Origin: Emiliania huxleyi CCMP1516
Taxonomy: Eukaryota
Reading direction: 5' to 3'
Assembly: GCF_000372725.1 (NCBI RefSeq)
Contig: NW_005201392.1
Span: forward strand, 128,521 to 192,520
Length of the DNA stretch: 64,000 nt
The notes under the pieces are model-generated. The model was not told the origin of the DNA, made no database searches, and saw only the letters and a list, made by a program, of their open reading frames with translations. Shown in pieces: positions 1 to 12,200 of this stretch. A program made the position numbers and the translations under genes. Each line of letters opens with the position of its first letter. Positions within the stretch are counted from its first letter, which is position 1.

Positions 1-1535
1 GGGCAAGGCCTGCAGCAGCAGAAAGGCGAAGGACGCGTAGCGCGCAAACTCGCGGTAGCCCTGCAGGACACTGTTGTCGAGGAATAGGGTCGTGACGAGC
101 AGCGAAAGCAGCAGGCAAATCTTTGCGATCCAGAAGCCGCGGTGCGCGCGCGCGCCGAACTTGGTCGTGCCGCAGGTGAGTAGCGCCATGGCGCCTGCAG
201 GGGCGTGGACGTGTCGTGGGCGTGTCGTGGACGTGTCGTGGACGTGTCGTGGACGTGTCGTGGACGTGTCGTGGACGTGTCGTGGGCGTGTCGTGGGCGT
301 GGCGTGGGCGTGGCGTGGGCGTGTCGTGGGCGTGTCGTGGGCGTGGCGTGGGCCGTCGTCGCATGGGTTTCCCCGGGAGCGGGGCGGGGTGGGGTAGCGA
401 GGTGGGGGTGGCGGGGGAGGGGGGGTGGGGTGGCGGGGGGAGGTGGGGTGGCGGGGGCGGGGTGGGGGGGTGGGGTGGCGCGGCGCGGCGGCGCCGAAAA
501 AGAGGGCGAGGACAAAGGAGAAGCGGTAGATGGAGAAGGCGCCTGGCGACAGGCTCGGGGCTACGGGTATGGGGGACTCGCCTGGCGAGGGGCGGCGCCT
601 TCTTTCTAGGCGCCCGGGACCCGACGCAGAAGGGCGCTTGTGTGTAGCCCCCCCCGATGGGGCGTCCTCTAAAAAAAGGGAGGCAGGGAGGAGGAAGGGA
701 GGGAGGAGACAGGGGGGGGACAGGGAGGAGACAGAGAGGAGGCGCAGGGGTCGAGATGGGGCGAGTGGACGGGGAGGTGGCGGTGCGGCGGGGGCGGGCG
801 GAAGTGTCGCGGAGGTGTCGCGGAGGTGTCGCGCAAGTGTCGCGCCTCCGCAGACGTCGGCGCAGCAGATGATCCACCCGTGCGGGTGCCTATTCACAGC
901 TACAGCCGTGAAGAGACGCCGTCCACGCCTCCACCCATCTCCACCCGTGGGCGCGACCTCGACTTACACCAAAAGGAAGTGTCTAGGGAGTGTCTAGGGA
1001 GTGTCTAGGAAGTGTCTAGGAAGTGTCTAGGAAGTGTCGCGCGCCTCGACTTGCACCAGAAGCGGTCGTTCCAAAAGGACTCGGCTGCGTGAGGGGGGGT
1101 GGCAGGGGAGGTGTGTGTGTGGGGGGGAGGGGTCGTGGGGAGGTGTAGGAGGCGGAAGGGCCTGCGAACGGAGCTCGCGCGGCTCCTCCGCGACACCGCG
1201 CGCCTCTCCCTCACTCCTCTCCCCGCCGCGTCTCTCCCCGCCGCGCAGGCGGGACGGCTGCACTCGCGCTCACCCGAGCTAGACGCGCTGCTCATCGCCT
1301 GCTCCTTCATGTGCTCGAGCCAGCCCTCCGCGGTGCTGTTGTACCCGCTGCCGAAGAGGACGATGTCGCCACCGCCGCTCCCGAACGCGAGCGCGCACAG
1401 CACGAACAGCGACAGCAGCAGGATGTACGCCACGCTCGCCGCGCGGCTCGTGGTGATGCACGCGCAGCCGCAGGCCTTGCAGGCGAGAGCACCGCAGCAG
1501 GAGGCGAGTAGCGAGCCGCAGCATGACGCCGCCAT
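1..1535 (-). CDS. Serine incorporator (SERINC/TMS-TDE) membrane protein, 5' part; runs off window start
   Basis: ATG 1535. Cys-rich N-terminus MAASCCGSLLASCCG. Spliced exons (~1535-1274, 1084-1045, 889-846, 542-495, 194-10) give CCADVCGGAFSIYRFSFVLALFF and HRGFWIAKICLLL...FARYASFAFLLLQ, matching SERINC motifs. Mostly GC-AG introns. Confidence 0.85.
205..360. repeat. Intronic 10-11 nt minisatellite (gtgtcgtggac/gtgtcgtgggc)n
   Basis: Visible tandem array inside a SERINC intron. A similar array (gtgtctagga) lies at ~978-1035. Confidence 0.9.
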
Positions 1536-2586
1536 GCTGAAAGGGACCGTGAGGAGGGCGCCCATCCCGGAGTTTACAGGCGTCTCGCAGCTGCGTATTC
1601 TCGTACTAGCTGAGGGGCTCGCTAAACGCTCGCCGAGCTCCATGCTGTGCAACACCACCTCCTCACTAATCGTCAGGGGCGCGGAGAGCGCAGTGCACTA
1701 CGGTGAGGCTGCGCAGCGGGCACCCCCTGCACCGCGCTCAGCGGCGCAGGGGAGGGCGGTCGGTGGCGGCGGCGGCGAGGCGCGAGGCGGTGGCGGCGGT
1801 GGTGCGGGCGGCGGGATGACAGGGGAGGCGGCGGGATTGACAGGGGAGGCGGCGGCCACGAGCGGAGCGGCGCGAGAAGGGGGGGGGGCGGCGGCGAGGC
1901 GGCGAGGCGCCGGTGAGCGAGGCGCCCGCGCCATCAGAGGGACGCGCCGCTGCGAGATGGAGGGCGGCGGTGACGGAGGCGAGGCGCGAGGCGGCGGCGG
2001 CGGCGGCGGCGGCGGCGGGTCTCGGTGAGCGGCGGCGGGAGGAGGAGCAGCGGCGGCGGGAGGAGGAGCAGCGGCGGCGCTCGCTCGCTGTTGACGGGAG
2101 CGCTTTTGAGCCTGGGAGCCCATGCCACTGCGACCGGCGTGCCCGGGAACGGAGATCGCGCGCGCGCCGCCACTCACGACGCGCGCGCGATCTCCGCGGA
2201 GTCGGGTCCCCAGAGGGAAGCGGTCTTCTCGGCCGACGTCCAGCGGCGCGCAAGGAAGCAGGCGCAGCGGAGGCGGCCTAGCACCGGCTCGGCGCCGGGC
2301 GGTTGCGCTGCCCGCGAGCCGCGTCCTGAGCCTCGGCAGCGCGCGGCGCGGCGCGGCGCTCGCGCTGCTGCGGTGCCGAGAGCGGCATGATGGTTCGCCA
2401 GCCGAAGCTCGAGACTCCTCGGGTATCACGAGTTCTGGGGGTCACGGGCATAAATGCCGGACAACGCGAGGCCCTTATATCTTTAGATTATCTTCGAGTA
2501 GTTGCGTGGGGGCGGTATGTATTCTCGTATCAGTAGTTAGTGTCGTGTCCACTAGCTCCGAGTAGAGGGTGCGTTCTGCAGTTAAG

Positions 2587-2767
2587 GGGAAACCCGGTAC
2601 ACGGAACCATCCCTCGGAGACCCGTGTTATGGCCCTGCGAACGCGCACCCCCGGGGCTAGGGCTCTCTAGCCCGTAACCCGATCCCGATCATCCGGCCCG
2701 CTGGGTGCGCTTCTTAGCTCCCCGGCCCTGGATGTGAGGCTAATAACTGCACTCCAAGTGCTCCAAG
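2587..2767 (+). repeat. Dispersed repeat family B, copy 1
   Basis: gggaaacccggtacacggaacc...ctgcactccaagtgctccaag. Homologous to 55902-56123 and to an inverted partial copy at 59881-59935. Confidence 0.85.
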
Positions 2768-2900
2768 GTCTTTCTACATTATCGAGTTAAAATACTGTCC
2801 CGTTTTGCTGTTCACAGCTAGGGACGGCCTCTGCGGCAAAGTCAACTCACCCCCAGGAGCGGCACCTCCCCATATCTCCCACATCTCCCCCTCATCTCAA

Positions 2901-3440
2901 GGTGGAGGAGCGGCACTTCCACGCTGCGCTCGGCAAGCACAAGAAGGACGCGCCGTGCCTGACCCCGTCACTGCGGCCTCGTTTTTTTTTCGACGCGGGC
3001 TTCTGTCTGTAGGACTTTCGCGCGGTGCATGACGCCGTCACTGCCGCATTTTTTTTCTTTTTTACGCGGGCTTCTGTCTGTAGGACTTGCGCGCGGTGCA
3101 TGACGCCGTCAGGACAAAGAACATGGCGTCGGTGGTGCGGCTCTACTACCTCGAGAATGGCCTCAAGAAGAAGGAGGAGCGCGAGAAGGCGCGCGACGTG
3201 CGGCGCCGCTCAAAAAGCCTTGCGTCTGGCTTTCCTCAAGAAGAAGGAGGAGCGCGAGAAGGCGCGCGACGTGCGGCGCCGCTCAAAAAGCCTTGCGTCT
3301 GGCTTTCCTTTTGAGGGGGGGGCTGTTCTTAGGCGGCCGACGTGCAGCCGCTCACGCCGCCGCGCGGGTTTCTTTTTTCACGCGGCTGTCGTGTGTTAGG
3401 CGCGCGACGTGCAGCTGCTCAAGGAGGCGCGCTCGCGTGA
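2901..3440 (+). pseudogene. SANT/Myb-domain gene fragment with internal duplications
   Basis: Spliced reading VEERHFHAALGKHKK-DFRAVHDAVRTKNMASVVRLYYLENGLKKKEEREK-ARDVQLLKE resembles SANT domains (F..AL..H.KDF..V...V.TK....VV..YY). No 5' exon found; blocks are duplicated (e.g. 3165-3310). Confidence 0.5.
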
Positions 3441-3611
3441 GGCGGCGGCGGCGCGGGAGCCTAGAAGCGGAACATCTCCCCGTATCTCCCCATATCTCCC
3501 CGTATCTCGTGCCCTAGAAGCGGAACATCTCCCTTCCCCCGTATCTCCCCGTATCTGGCAGCACGGAGCCTAGAAGCGGAGTACACACGTACGTGTGTTC
3601 CAACTGGCGCT

Positions 3612-3757
3612 ACTGGCGGGGGATAGGGGGAGATAGGGGGAGATAGGGGGAGATAGGGGGAGATAGGGGAGATAGGGGGAGATAATGCACACAGGGGGCG
3701 CTACTGGCGGGGGATAGGGGGAGATAGGGGGAGATAGGGGGAGATAATGCACACAGG
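3612..3757. repeat. (gggggagata)n 10-nt minisatellite within a duplicated block
   Basis: Seen directly. The complementary motif atatctcccc also occurs at ~2870 and ~3475-3555. Confidence 0.85.
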
Positions 3758-4729
3758 GACCGGGGGGCGACGGGAACACCAAAGACGAGAGAGACAGACT
3801 TGTCCTGTCTCTCTGTTCCGTAGGCGCGAGAGCACCCGCGGCCCGCCATACCTGTGAACGGCGTCTCTTCACACCTCGGGCTGTGAATTCTTGTGACATG
3901 GCAGGCCACTCTCAAGCCCTACCAGCATCAGATCACCCATTTGGGGAGGGTTGACATCGTGATTTCCGCGGAAAATTTCTTTTTCTGCTGTGAAAATGGG
4001 AGGGCCCAGACCTACCCTACCTACCCCGTCATCAGGTCCGCCCAAGCAAAAAAAGTACACACCTGACCTCTCAGCTCAAAGGGGAATTTATTTGTTTGGG
4101 CAGTGTTCGACCGGGCTAGCTACTTGCCAGCGCCCGTCTTTGTTTTAGTAGTTAGTCTTGCGGGGTTGCCCTTGGCCGTTCGGCTGATTTATAAGATCCG
4201 CGAGACCTCGAGAGAGTAGTGCCGAAGGCGCTCTTTTTGATCGAGGCAGGGCGTTCGGCTGGCTTCCCTGTGTACTTCGCCACAGGTCCAACCCTCGCCT
4301 TTCCCGTTCCGCTCGCGCTTGCCCCGCCGCGTCGACGCACATATGGCCGCGGGGAGCTGCACGCCCGAGCGGCGCGACGCCTCCTGCTCACGCAACCCGC
4401 CGCTCCCTCTCCGCTCCCACCATGCGATGCGCTTCGATTTGGCGCCCGAGCGGCTACGCCCCCCTCGGCCTCACAATCCCTGCCACCTCCCGTTCGCAGG
4501 TGAGGCTGCTGCCATCGGGGAGCCGCGAGACGCGGCCGCTGCCACTCGTTCCCCACCCTTCCACCGAGCGAACCCGCCCGATTGCCCCCACTCTTTTCCG
4601 GCGAGAGAGCGACGCAGCCCGCTCGCTTGCCAATCGCTGCCCGGCTCCAGTCCTAGCGCCGAGGACACGAGAGAGTGTGCCGGTCGTCGCGATGCTAACG
4701 CCGAGGCGTGCTGCCCGTAGGTGTGGCAG

Positions 4730-5445
4730 TGACCTGGCTCGACCCTCTCTCTCTCTCTCTCTCTTTGAGCATGGCCTCTGCCATAGCAAACCACCACGCG
4801 TCACGGTCGATTTCTTTTTGTCTGTGGAGGCGAGGCTCGAAGGGGAGGGGAGGGCGTGGGGGGGGGGAGGGGGGGGGGGACTGGGGGGGGGAGTGACCTG
4901 GGTCGACCCTCTCTCTCTCTCTCTCTTTGAGCATCGCCTCTGCCTTCATTAGCAAACCACCACGCGTGACGGGCGATTTCTTTTTGTCTGTGTAGGCCAA
5001 GCTCCAAAGGGAAGGAGGGGAAGGCCTGGGGGGGGGGGGGGGGGGTTACTCGGGGGGGAGGAAACCGGGTTGAACCCCCCTTTTTTTTTTTTGGGAAGGG
5101 CTTTGGCTTTTTTTAGAAAACACCCCGGGGGGGGGGGGGGAATTTTTTTTTGCTTTGGTGGGGAAGCCTCTAATGGAGGTTGAAGCCTTTGGGGGCTTGG
5201 GGGGAATGGGTTGGGGGGGAGANNNNNNNNNNNNNNNNNNNNNNNNNNNNNNNNNNNNNNNNNNNNNNNNNNNNNNNNNNNNNNNNNNNNNNNNNNNNNN
5301 NNNNNNNNNNNNNNNNNNNNNNTCATTAGCAAACCACCACGGGTCGCGCGGTCGATTTCTTTTTGTCTGTGTAGGCGAGGCTCGAAGGGGAGGGGAGGGC
5401 GTGGGGGGGGTGGGGGGGAGGGGGTGGGGGGGGAGGAGGGGGGGC
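4730..5445. repeat. ~150-165 bp tandem unit ((CT)n, agcaaaccaccacg, G-runs), about 3 copies, broken by a gap
   Basis: Units start at ~4730 and ~4894, with a partial third from 5323. Confidence 0.75.
5223..5322. other. Assembly gap (100 N), preceded by low-quality homopolymer-rich sequence
   Basis: Run of n characters. Confidence 0.99.
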
Positions 5446-5652
5446 GGCGGGGTGGAGATTGCGACGATTGATCCAATTCTCGGAGATTCCTCGAGATATT
5501 CTCCTTCCTCCCCATATACCCCCATATACGCCCATATACGCCCATATACCCCATATACCCCCTGGACATCTCCATAGCAGTTTTTGACCCTCTTTCACAT
5601 GGTCATGATCCCGTAGGTGCTGACCTCTCCGTTCGCCGAGTGTTCCGCACAA

Positions 5653-5903
5653 GTCTCCAGTCCCCAGTAATAATAGTAGTGCTCTGCAGTCTCCAGTAAC
5701 CAGTCATACACGAGTGCTCTGCACAGGCTCCAGTCCTCAGTCATAATAGGAGTGCTCTGCACAGTCTCCAGTAATCAGTAATAATAATGGTGCTCTGCAC
5801 AGTCTAGTGGCTCTGCACTGTCTCCAGTCCCCAGTCATAATAGGAGTGCTCTGCACAGTCTCCAGTGACCAGTAATAATAGTGGTGCTCTGCACAGTCTC
5901 CAC
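5653..5903. repeat. ~37-bp minisatellite with conserved core gtgctctgcacagtctccagt, about 7 copies
   Basis: Seen directly. The intervening segments are AT-rich and related to each other. Confidence 0.85.
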
Positions 5904-5958
5904 TAACTCCAACCAGTAGCACTTTACTTCCACACGTTGTCCTTCACACAGCCTTCAC

Positions 5959-8900
5959 ATGAACCCGTCACACAGCCTTCTCCATGAGCTGCATCTATTG
6001 ACTCTCTTTGGCGTGCATACCCCCGCGCGCTGCAGGAACTCGATCAACATGCTCGACAAGCTCAAACGCGAGCTGGTGCCGGCCGCCGGTGACAAGCTCG
6101 TGCTCAAGCTCTCTCCTCCGCCGCCGCCGCTTGCTGACAAGCAGGCTTGTGCTTGCGCGCACGTGACAATGCGCTCCCACCTGCAAGACGTATCCTCTGG
6201 CCTTCTGGCTGACACAGGCGTCGCTGGCGGGCAACACGACCGTCAACGCTGCCGGAGGCGAGGCCGCCGGCATCCCGTCCGAGGGCAAGCCCGCTTCGCT
6301 CGAGGACGTCATCCCGTCCGTCATCCCGTCGGGCGAGCCCGCTTCGCTCGAGGACGTCATCCCGTCCGAGGGCGAGCCCGCTTCGCTCGAGTACGTCGGC
6401 GTCGTGTTTGCGGCGTCGGTAGGCGCATCGTTCGCCGGCGCCGAGACCTCGCGGCGCCTCACGTTCACCGTCGACAAAACCTCGTGCCCGCCACTTCCGT
6501 CACCGCCCTTGTCCGTCATCGACTCTGCCGGAGGCAAGCACGACGGCGAGAGCGAGCCCGCGTCGCTCAATGACGTCATCGGCAACGGCAATGACGTCCC
6601 GTCCGAGTCTGCGCCGACGGCTCCTGTCGGCATCACGTCGCTGTCGCCTTCGCTCCTCGGAGCCGAGGTGAGTGTGCGCACGCCAAGAGCACTTTATGTG
6701 CAATCTCCCCGTCTCCGAACAGCTGCGTCCGCTCTCGCCCACAGGCGTGCGGCGTCAAGGACGACGTCAAGGCCGCGCCCAAGCCCGCAGTGGACACGGC
6801 CAAGCCCGACGGCGATGTGGACGAGATCTACTTGTCGTCGCCGCCGTCGCACCTCGGAGCCGAGGTGAGTGTGCGCACGCCAGGATTGTCATCATCTCTA
6901 CGGTCTCCCTGTCTCCGCACACTTGCGTGTTCTCCCCTCACCCAGGCGTGCGGCATCAAGTCCGCCGCCGCCGAGGAGCTCGCCGCCAAGTCCGCCGCCG
7001 CCGAGGAGGACGCCGAGTCGGCCACCGAGGAGGCGACCGCCGAGGAGGCGGCCACCAAGAAGGCGACCACCGAGGAGGCCGCCGCCAAGTCCGCCACCGA
7101 GGAGGAGTCCGAGGAGGCAGCCACCGAGGAGGCCGCCGCCGAGGAGTCCGCCACTGAGGCCGTGGTCGCCGAGGAGTCCGCCACCAAGTCTGCCGCAGCC
7201 GAGGAGTCCTCCGCCACCAAGTCCGCCGCCACCGAGGAGTCCGACAACAAGTCTGCTGCCGCCGAGGAGTCCTCCGCCACCAAGTCCGCCGCCGCCGAGG
7301 AGGCCGCCACCAAGTCCGCCGCCGAGGAGTCCGCCACCAAGTCCGCCGTCGCCGAGGAGTCCTCCGCCACCAAGTCCGCCGCCGCCGAGGAGTCCGCCAC
7401 CAAGTCCGCCGTCGCCGAGCCTGCCGTGGATTGCATGGCGCTTGTCCGCTCGGTTGGCCACCTCCCGACCCCGCCTTTACGCCGCCGCCGCCGCCCTCGC
7501 CGCCGCCGCTCTCGCCGCCGCTCTCACCGCCGCGCCTCACACGCGCCCGCCATCCTCGCTCATGACCGAAGCCCGCGCGCCTCAGGCGCAGCACGAGGCC
7601 AAGAACGAGAAGAACAAGGCGCCGACCAAGGCGGAGAAGAAGGACTGCGCCGCCGGCGTCGCCAACGAGGCTCGCCCCCATCCGCCCTGCCTGCCTTCCT
7701 CGCTGCCATCGGCCAGCCTATGCCGTGCGCGGCTGCATCGCACCTCACTCTCCAGCCGCCCCGTCCCCCGCCGTCGCCGCCGCCCGTTGCTGCCGGCCTC
7801 GTCTCCACGCCCTCGCCACGGCACCGCCCTCGCCGCCGGCGCCCGCCACACCGCCGCCGCCACCGCCGCCGCCGCGCCGTCATGCGGCTTCAACCCACCT
7901 CCCACCCTCCCCACCGCCGGCACTGCACCTCCCCACCCAATCCACCGCCCCCTTCATAGGTACGAGTGAACTCGATCAACATCATGGCAGAGAACAAGAC
8001 GGCAGGGAAGGTCGGCATCATGCCGGCCGACGTCTTCTCCGCGCCGCCCCTCGGAGCCAAGGCGGTGCGTGTGTGCGCGTGTCGCAGATCTCCACTCTCC
8101 TTCCAGCACGCTCCCCATTCCCCCTCAAGGCGTGCGACAAGAATGACGTCGTGAAGGGCGTCCCCGAGGCCAAGTCTGGCGCGGAGGCCTCCCTCGACGA
8201 GAGCACCCTCAAGAAGGACCCGGCCGCGGAAAAGGACCCCGCCGCGGACAAGGTCGACTCGGACAAGGCCAAGGCCATGTCCTCCGCCCACGCGCCGAGC
8301 GCCGTTTTCTGGTCCAAGCTTGACCCGCCGACGTCCCCCAACGGCACCAAAGAAGCGCCGGCTCTCAAGCCGGTCACCGAAGACGCGCCGGCTTTCAAGC
8401 CGGTCACCGCCGGCGGCGCGCCGCTGCCGTCGATCAAGGAGTTTCCAGCGGAGGAGCCCGCCCCTTCGGTGCGCCTCGCACGCTTGCACACGCGGAGCCC
8501 CAACTATGACGCACCCACCGTTTGCGCGCGCGCAGGGCATCGCCGACTGGACCACCCCGTCGAACCCGCGCCGCAAGACGCGCCGCAAGAACGGGCGCAA
8601 GGGCGCGTCCGCCCCGATCGTCCGCACCAAGAGCACCCCGGTCGGCGGCAGCAACGGGTTCGGATGCCTGCTCGGAACGGACGGCAACGAGGGCATCCTC
8701 GGTGGCAACGGCAAGGCGACCGGCGGCTCCACGCCGTCGACCACAGACTCGGTGCTCGCCGCCTGCATACATGCGGCCTCCTCCCCCGCTCGCCGCTCAA
8801 CCGCCAGTCTCGCGCCCTCCTGTTCAGGGCGCGACGGCCAACGTCGAGACGACCACGATTACCACGCCGGAGGGCTCCGTCTCTGCCTCCGGCTGGTTCT

Positions 8901-9100
8901 CTTGGCCCAAGTTCTGCCCGTCCTACTTGCTCCGCCTCTTTGGCATCCTCGCGCTGCTCTGCCTCGGAACCGCGTTTGCGCTCTCCTCGTACTCTGCCAC
9001 CTCCGCGCTTCTCTCCTCGCAGCGGTACGAATCCCCGTGGCCGACATCGCCTCCCGCAACGTTCGCAAAGTCATTCACGCCGGCCGAACTCGATGACGAG
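5959..9100 (+). CDS. Multi-exon Ala/Glu/Ser/Thr-rich low-complexity protein with one TM helix; may be the N-terminus of the downstream receptor
   Basis: Coding-like exons bounded by AG and GT/GC (e.g. 6219-6667, 6745-6864, 6946-~7430, 8131-8469, 8536-8751, 8828-9100). EESSATKSAAA repeats and hydrophobic LLRLFGILALLCLGTAFAL. Start uncertain. Confidence 0.5.
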
Positions 9101-9296
9101 GCATACGCGCGTAGAAGCATAGACACGTTGCGGATGTTTGTACTCGCAGCCCCTGATTCACGCGATGCTCTGACACTCACACACCGTATTCACACCCTGA
9201 CGATGGCATATTCACCTGTAGGCATACATGGTGAACTCAATACCGATCCCACAAGAGACCTCCGACCTCGAGACCACAGCAGCGCCGTCACTGCAG

Positions 9297-12200
9297 AATG
9301 CATGTGGCGAATGCGTCGCGTGCAAGACACCTTATGGGTGCTATCCCTACGTTCTTTGGGATTATGGCGGACCACCGAACGCTGAAGATTGCATTAATTA
9401 CTTTGGTGGCATTGATTGCTCGCCGCACCTGCCGCACCCGCCTCAAATGGCACCAACTCCACCGCCATCGTTACCACCTTCACCACCTTCACCGCCGCCT
9501 TCGCCGTCTTCGCCGCCTCCCATCCCGCCGCCGCCGCTCCTCCCTGGCGGCTACTTCATCACCGGCCCGTGCTCGCTCACCGACGGCGGCTCGTGCGCCA
9601 CATCGCCAAACTACCCGAACAGCTACGGCATCAACGAGGCGTGTACCATCAGCGGCGTGCCGCCGGTCGAGCTGGAGGTGATCGGCTTTGATGTGGATGG
9701 AACCCTCTGCGCAGAGATTCTCTGCCGTCAATGCGGCAGCTGCGGTTGTGACTATCTCACCGTCAACGGCGTTAAGTACTGCGGCACCTCGGGGCCGAGT
9801 GGCGCGGTGGCGGTGGACGGCGTCATCGAGTGGTTCTCGAATGGCTACATAGTCGGGCCGGGCTGGAAGGCGCGCCCCTGGTCCCTCTCGCTCCCCTTCT
9901 TTCTCCTCTCTGATGCCCACCTCCCTCTGCCGTCAGATCTGCTGGGCGACCCGGCCGCCTTCACCGGCTTCACCGCCATCATCGCCCCCGCCTCCTCCGC
10001 CCCCGCCGGTCTCCCCCGGCTTCGATGTCGTCGCGGAAACCGAGAACGAGCTCCGCTCCCTGATCGAGGGGGTTGCTGCCAGCACCTCAATCTATCTGCC
10101 GCCGGGTGCGCACTTCGAGCTGGGCAGCGAGATACATCAACATAGCATCAGCTGCGTCTCCAACATCAATGTGACCGTCGCGAGCAGCGGCGAGGGCGCG
10201 ACGCTCGACGGCCGGGGACAGACCGGGCTCTTTTACCTCTCGGGCGGCTGCAGCCTCACCCTGCGGGGGCTGACCCTCGTCAACGGGAGGGTGGACGGGA
10301 GGATGGACGGCGGCGGCGGCGTTGTGCACGCTTACGGCGCAGGCGACGTCGAGATCATCGACTCGACGGTCAGAGATTGCTCGGCTGGCGAGTACGGGGT
10401 GCGCCGCGTAGAGCTAGCCGCACTCCAGCAGCGCCGCACGGCAGCGGGCTGAGAGATCAGAGGGTCACCCCGCTCTCTCCTCGCAACCGCAGGACGGCGG
10501 GGGCGGCGTCGTCTACGCGGAGGGCAGCGGCGCGGTCTCGATAATCGGCTCGACCGTGTCGGGCTGCTCTGCTCGAGTGCGCCGCGTAGAGCTAGCCGCT
10601 TGCAGCGGCGTACGGCAGCGGGGCGAGAGATAGAGAGGGGCCACGGGCTGCCTCACCCCGCTATCTCTCCTCGCAACCGCAGTACGGCGGGGGCGGCGTC
10701 ATCTACGCGGATGGCAGCGGTGCGGTCTCGATAATCGGCTCGACCGTGTCGGGCTGCTCTGCTCGAGTGCGCCGCGTAGAGCTAGCCGCTTGCAGCGGCG
10801 TACGGCAGCGGGGCGAGAGATAGAGAGGGGCCACGGGCTGCCTCACCCCGCTATCTCTCCTCGCAACCGCAGTTCGGCGGCGTCGTCTACGCGGATGACA
10901 GCAACACTCACGTGACCGACTCCAACATCTCCGGCTGCACTGCCACGCGAGGCGGCGCAGTGTACGTGAACTCAGGCTCACGAGCCAGCCTGGCCCGCTC
11001 AACCATCTCCAACTGCATCGCCTCAGAGTCTGGCGGCGGCCTCTACTCGGCGGGAGGGCGCACCTCCCTTAGCGACGGCACCCTCATCAGCGGCTGCACT
11101 GCACCGGCGGGGAGCTCAATCTTCCTACTCGCTGGCGAGGTCTCCTACACCCTCCCCGCCCCAGCCGGTCGCTGGCTGCCGAACGCGCGCTGCGAGGTGT
11201 ACCGGGAGGCGTGCCCTTACGATCCGAGCCTCGTCGGGGAGCGGGATAAGGCAAAGGCTTGCCTCGAGCACCGCGAAGACTGCGCGCTCAACCTCGTCGT
11301 TCAGAACAACGTCGGCCCGTGGTACTGCCAGAAGCCGACCAACGTACAGCCGTGCAACTGGGTGGACGACTCCTCCCTCCTCGGAGCGAGCATCTACCAG
11401 CTACCGCTGTTGCCCGTCGACGAGGACTTCCCTTTTGCCTGCGCCGCCGGCCTCCTCGGCTCGGCCGACCCAAAGTACCAGTCGAGCAGCAGCTGCGCCG
11501 GCCGCTGTCCCGCAGGCTCCCAATGCCCCGCAGAGGCAACCTATGAGGCGCTGCCCTGCGATGCGGGTCATCACTGCCCAAAGGGGACGAGCGTGCCCCT
11601 TCCCTGCCCCGCTGGATCGTACTCGAACGCCACCAACCTCACCGACGCGAGCGATTGCACCGACGCCTCGCCGGGCCACTTCGCCACCACGGGCTCGACG
11701 CAGCAGACGGCGTGCGCCAAGGGCAGCTACGCCGCCACGGGCGGCCTCTCCGAGTGCGAGCCGTGCGCTGGCGGGAGCTACCAGAACGACACGGGCGCGA
11801 CGTCCTGCCGCGACTGCGAGCAGGGCAGCTACTGCGCCAAGGGCGCGGCGGCGCCGCTGCCTTGCGGCGCGGGTACCTACTCGGACAAGTTGAACCTCGA
11901 CTCGGCGGGCGGCTGCGAGGACTGCCCAGAGGGCCACTTCTGCACCACCGGCAGCGTGGCTCCTGTGGCGTGCCGCTCCGGCACCTTCGCTTCCGGCTCG
12001 AACAACGCCGAGTGCGAGCCGTGCAAGGCGGGATCCTACCAGAACGCCACTGGTGCTGCCGGCTGCGTCGCGTGCGGGCTTGGCAGCTTCTGCCCGGTCG
12101 GCGCGTCCCTCGAGCTGCCCGCGACGTGCGAGCCGGGTACATACGCCAATGCCACTGACGACGACGGCTTGCCCGACTGCTTCGACTGTCCGGCGGGCTC

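Noticed and set aside
1698..2429. Pro/Ala-rich ORFs upstream of SERINC
   Set aside because: Trinucleotide-rich low complexity open in several frames; no domain or consistent gene model.
5653..5903. CRISPR-like repeat-spacer appearance
   Set aside because: Spacers are short (~16 nt) and similar to each other, there are no cas genes, and the context is eukaryotic; it is a minisatellite.
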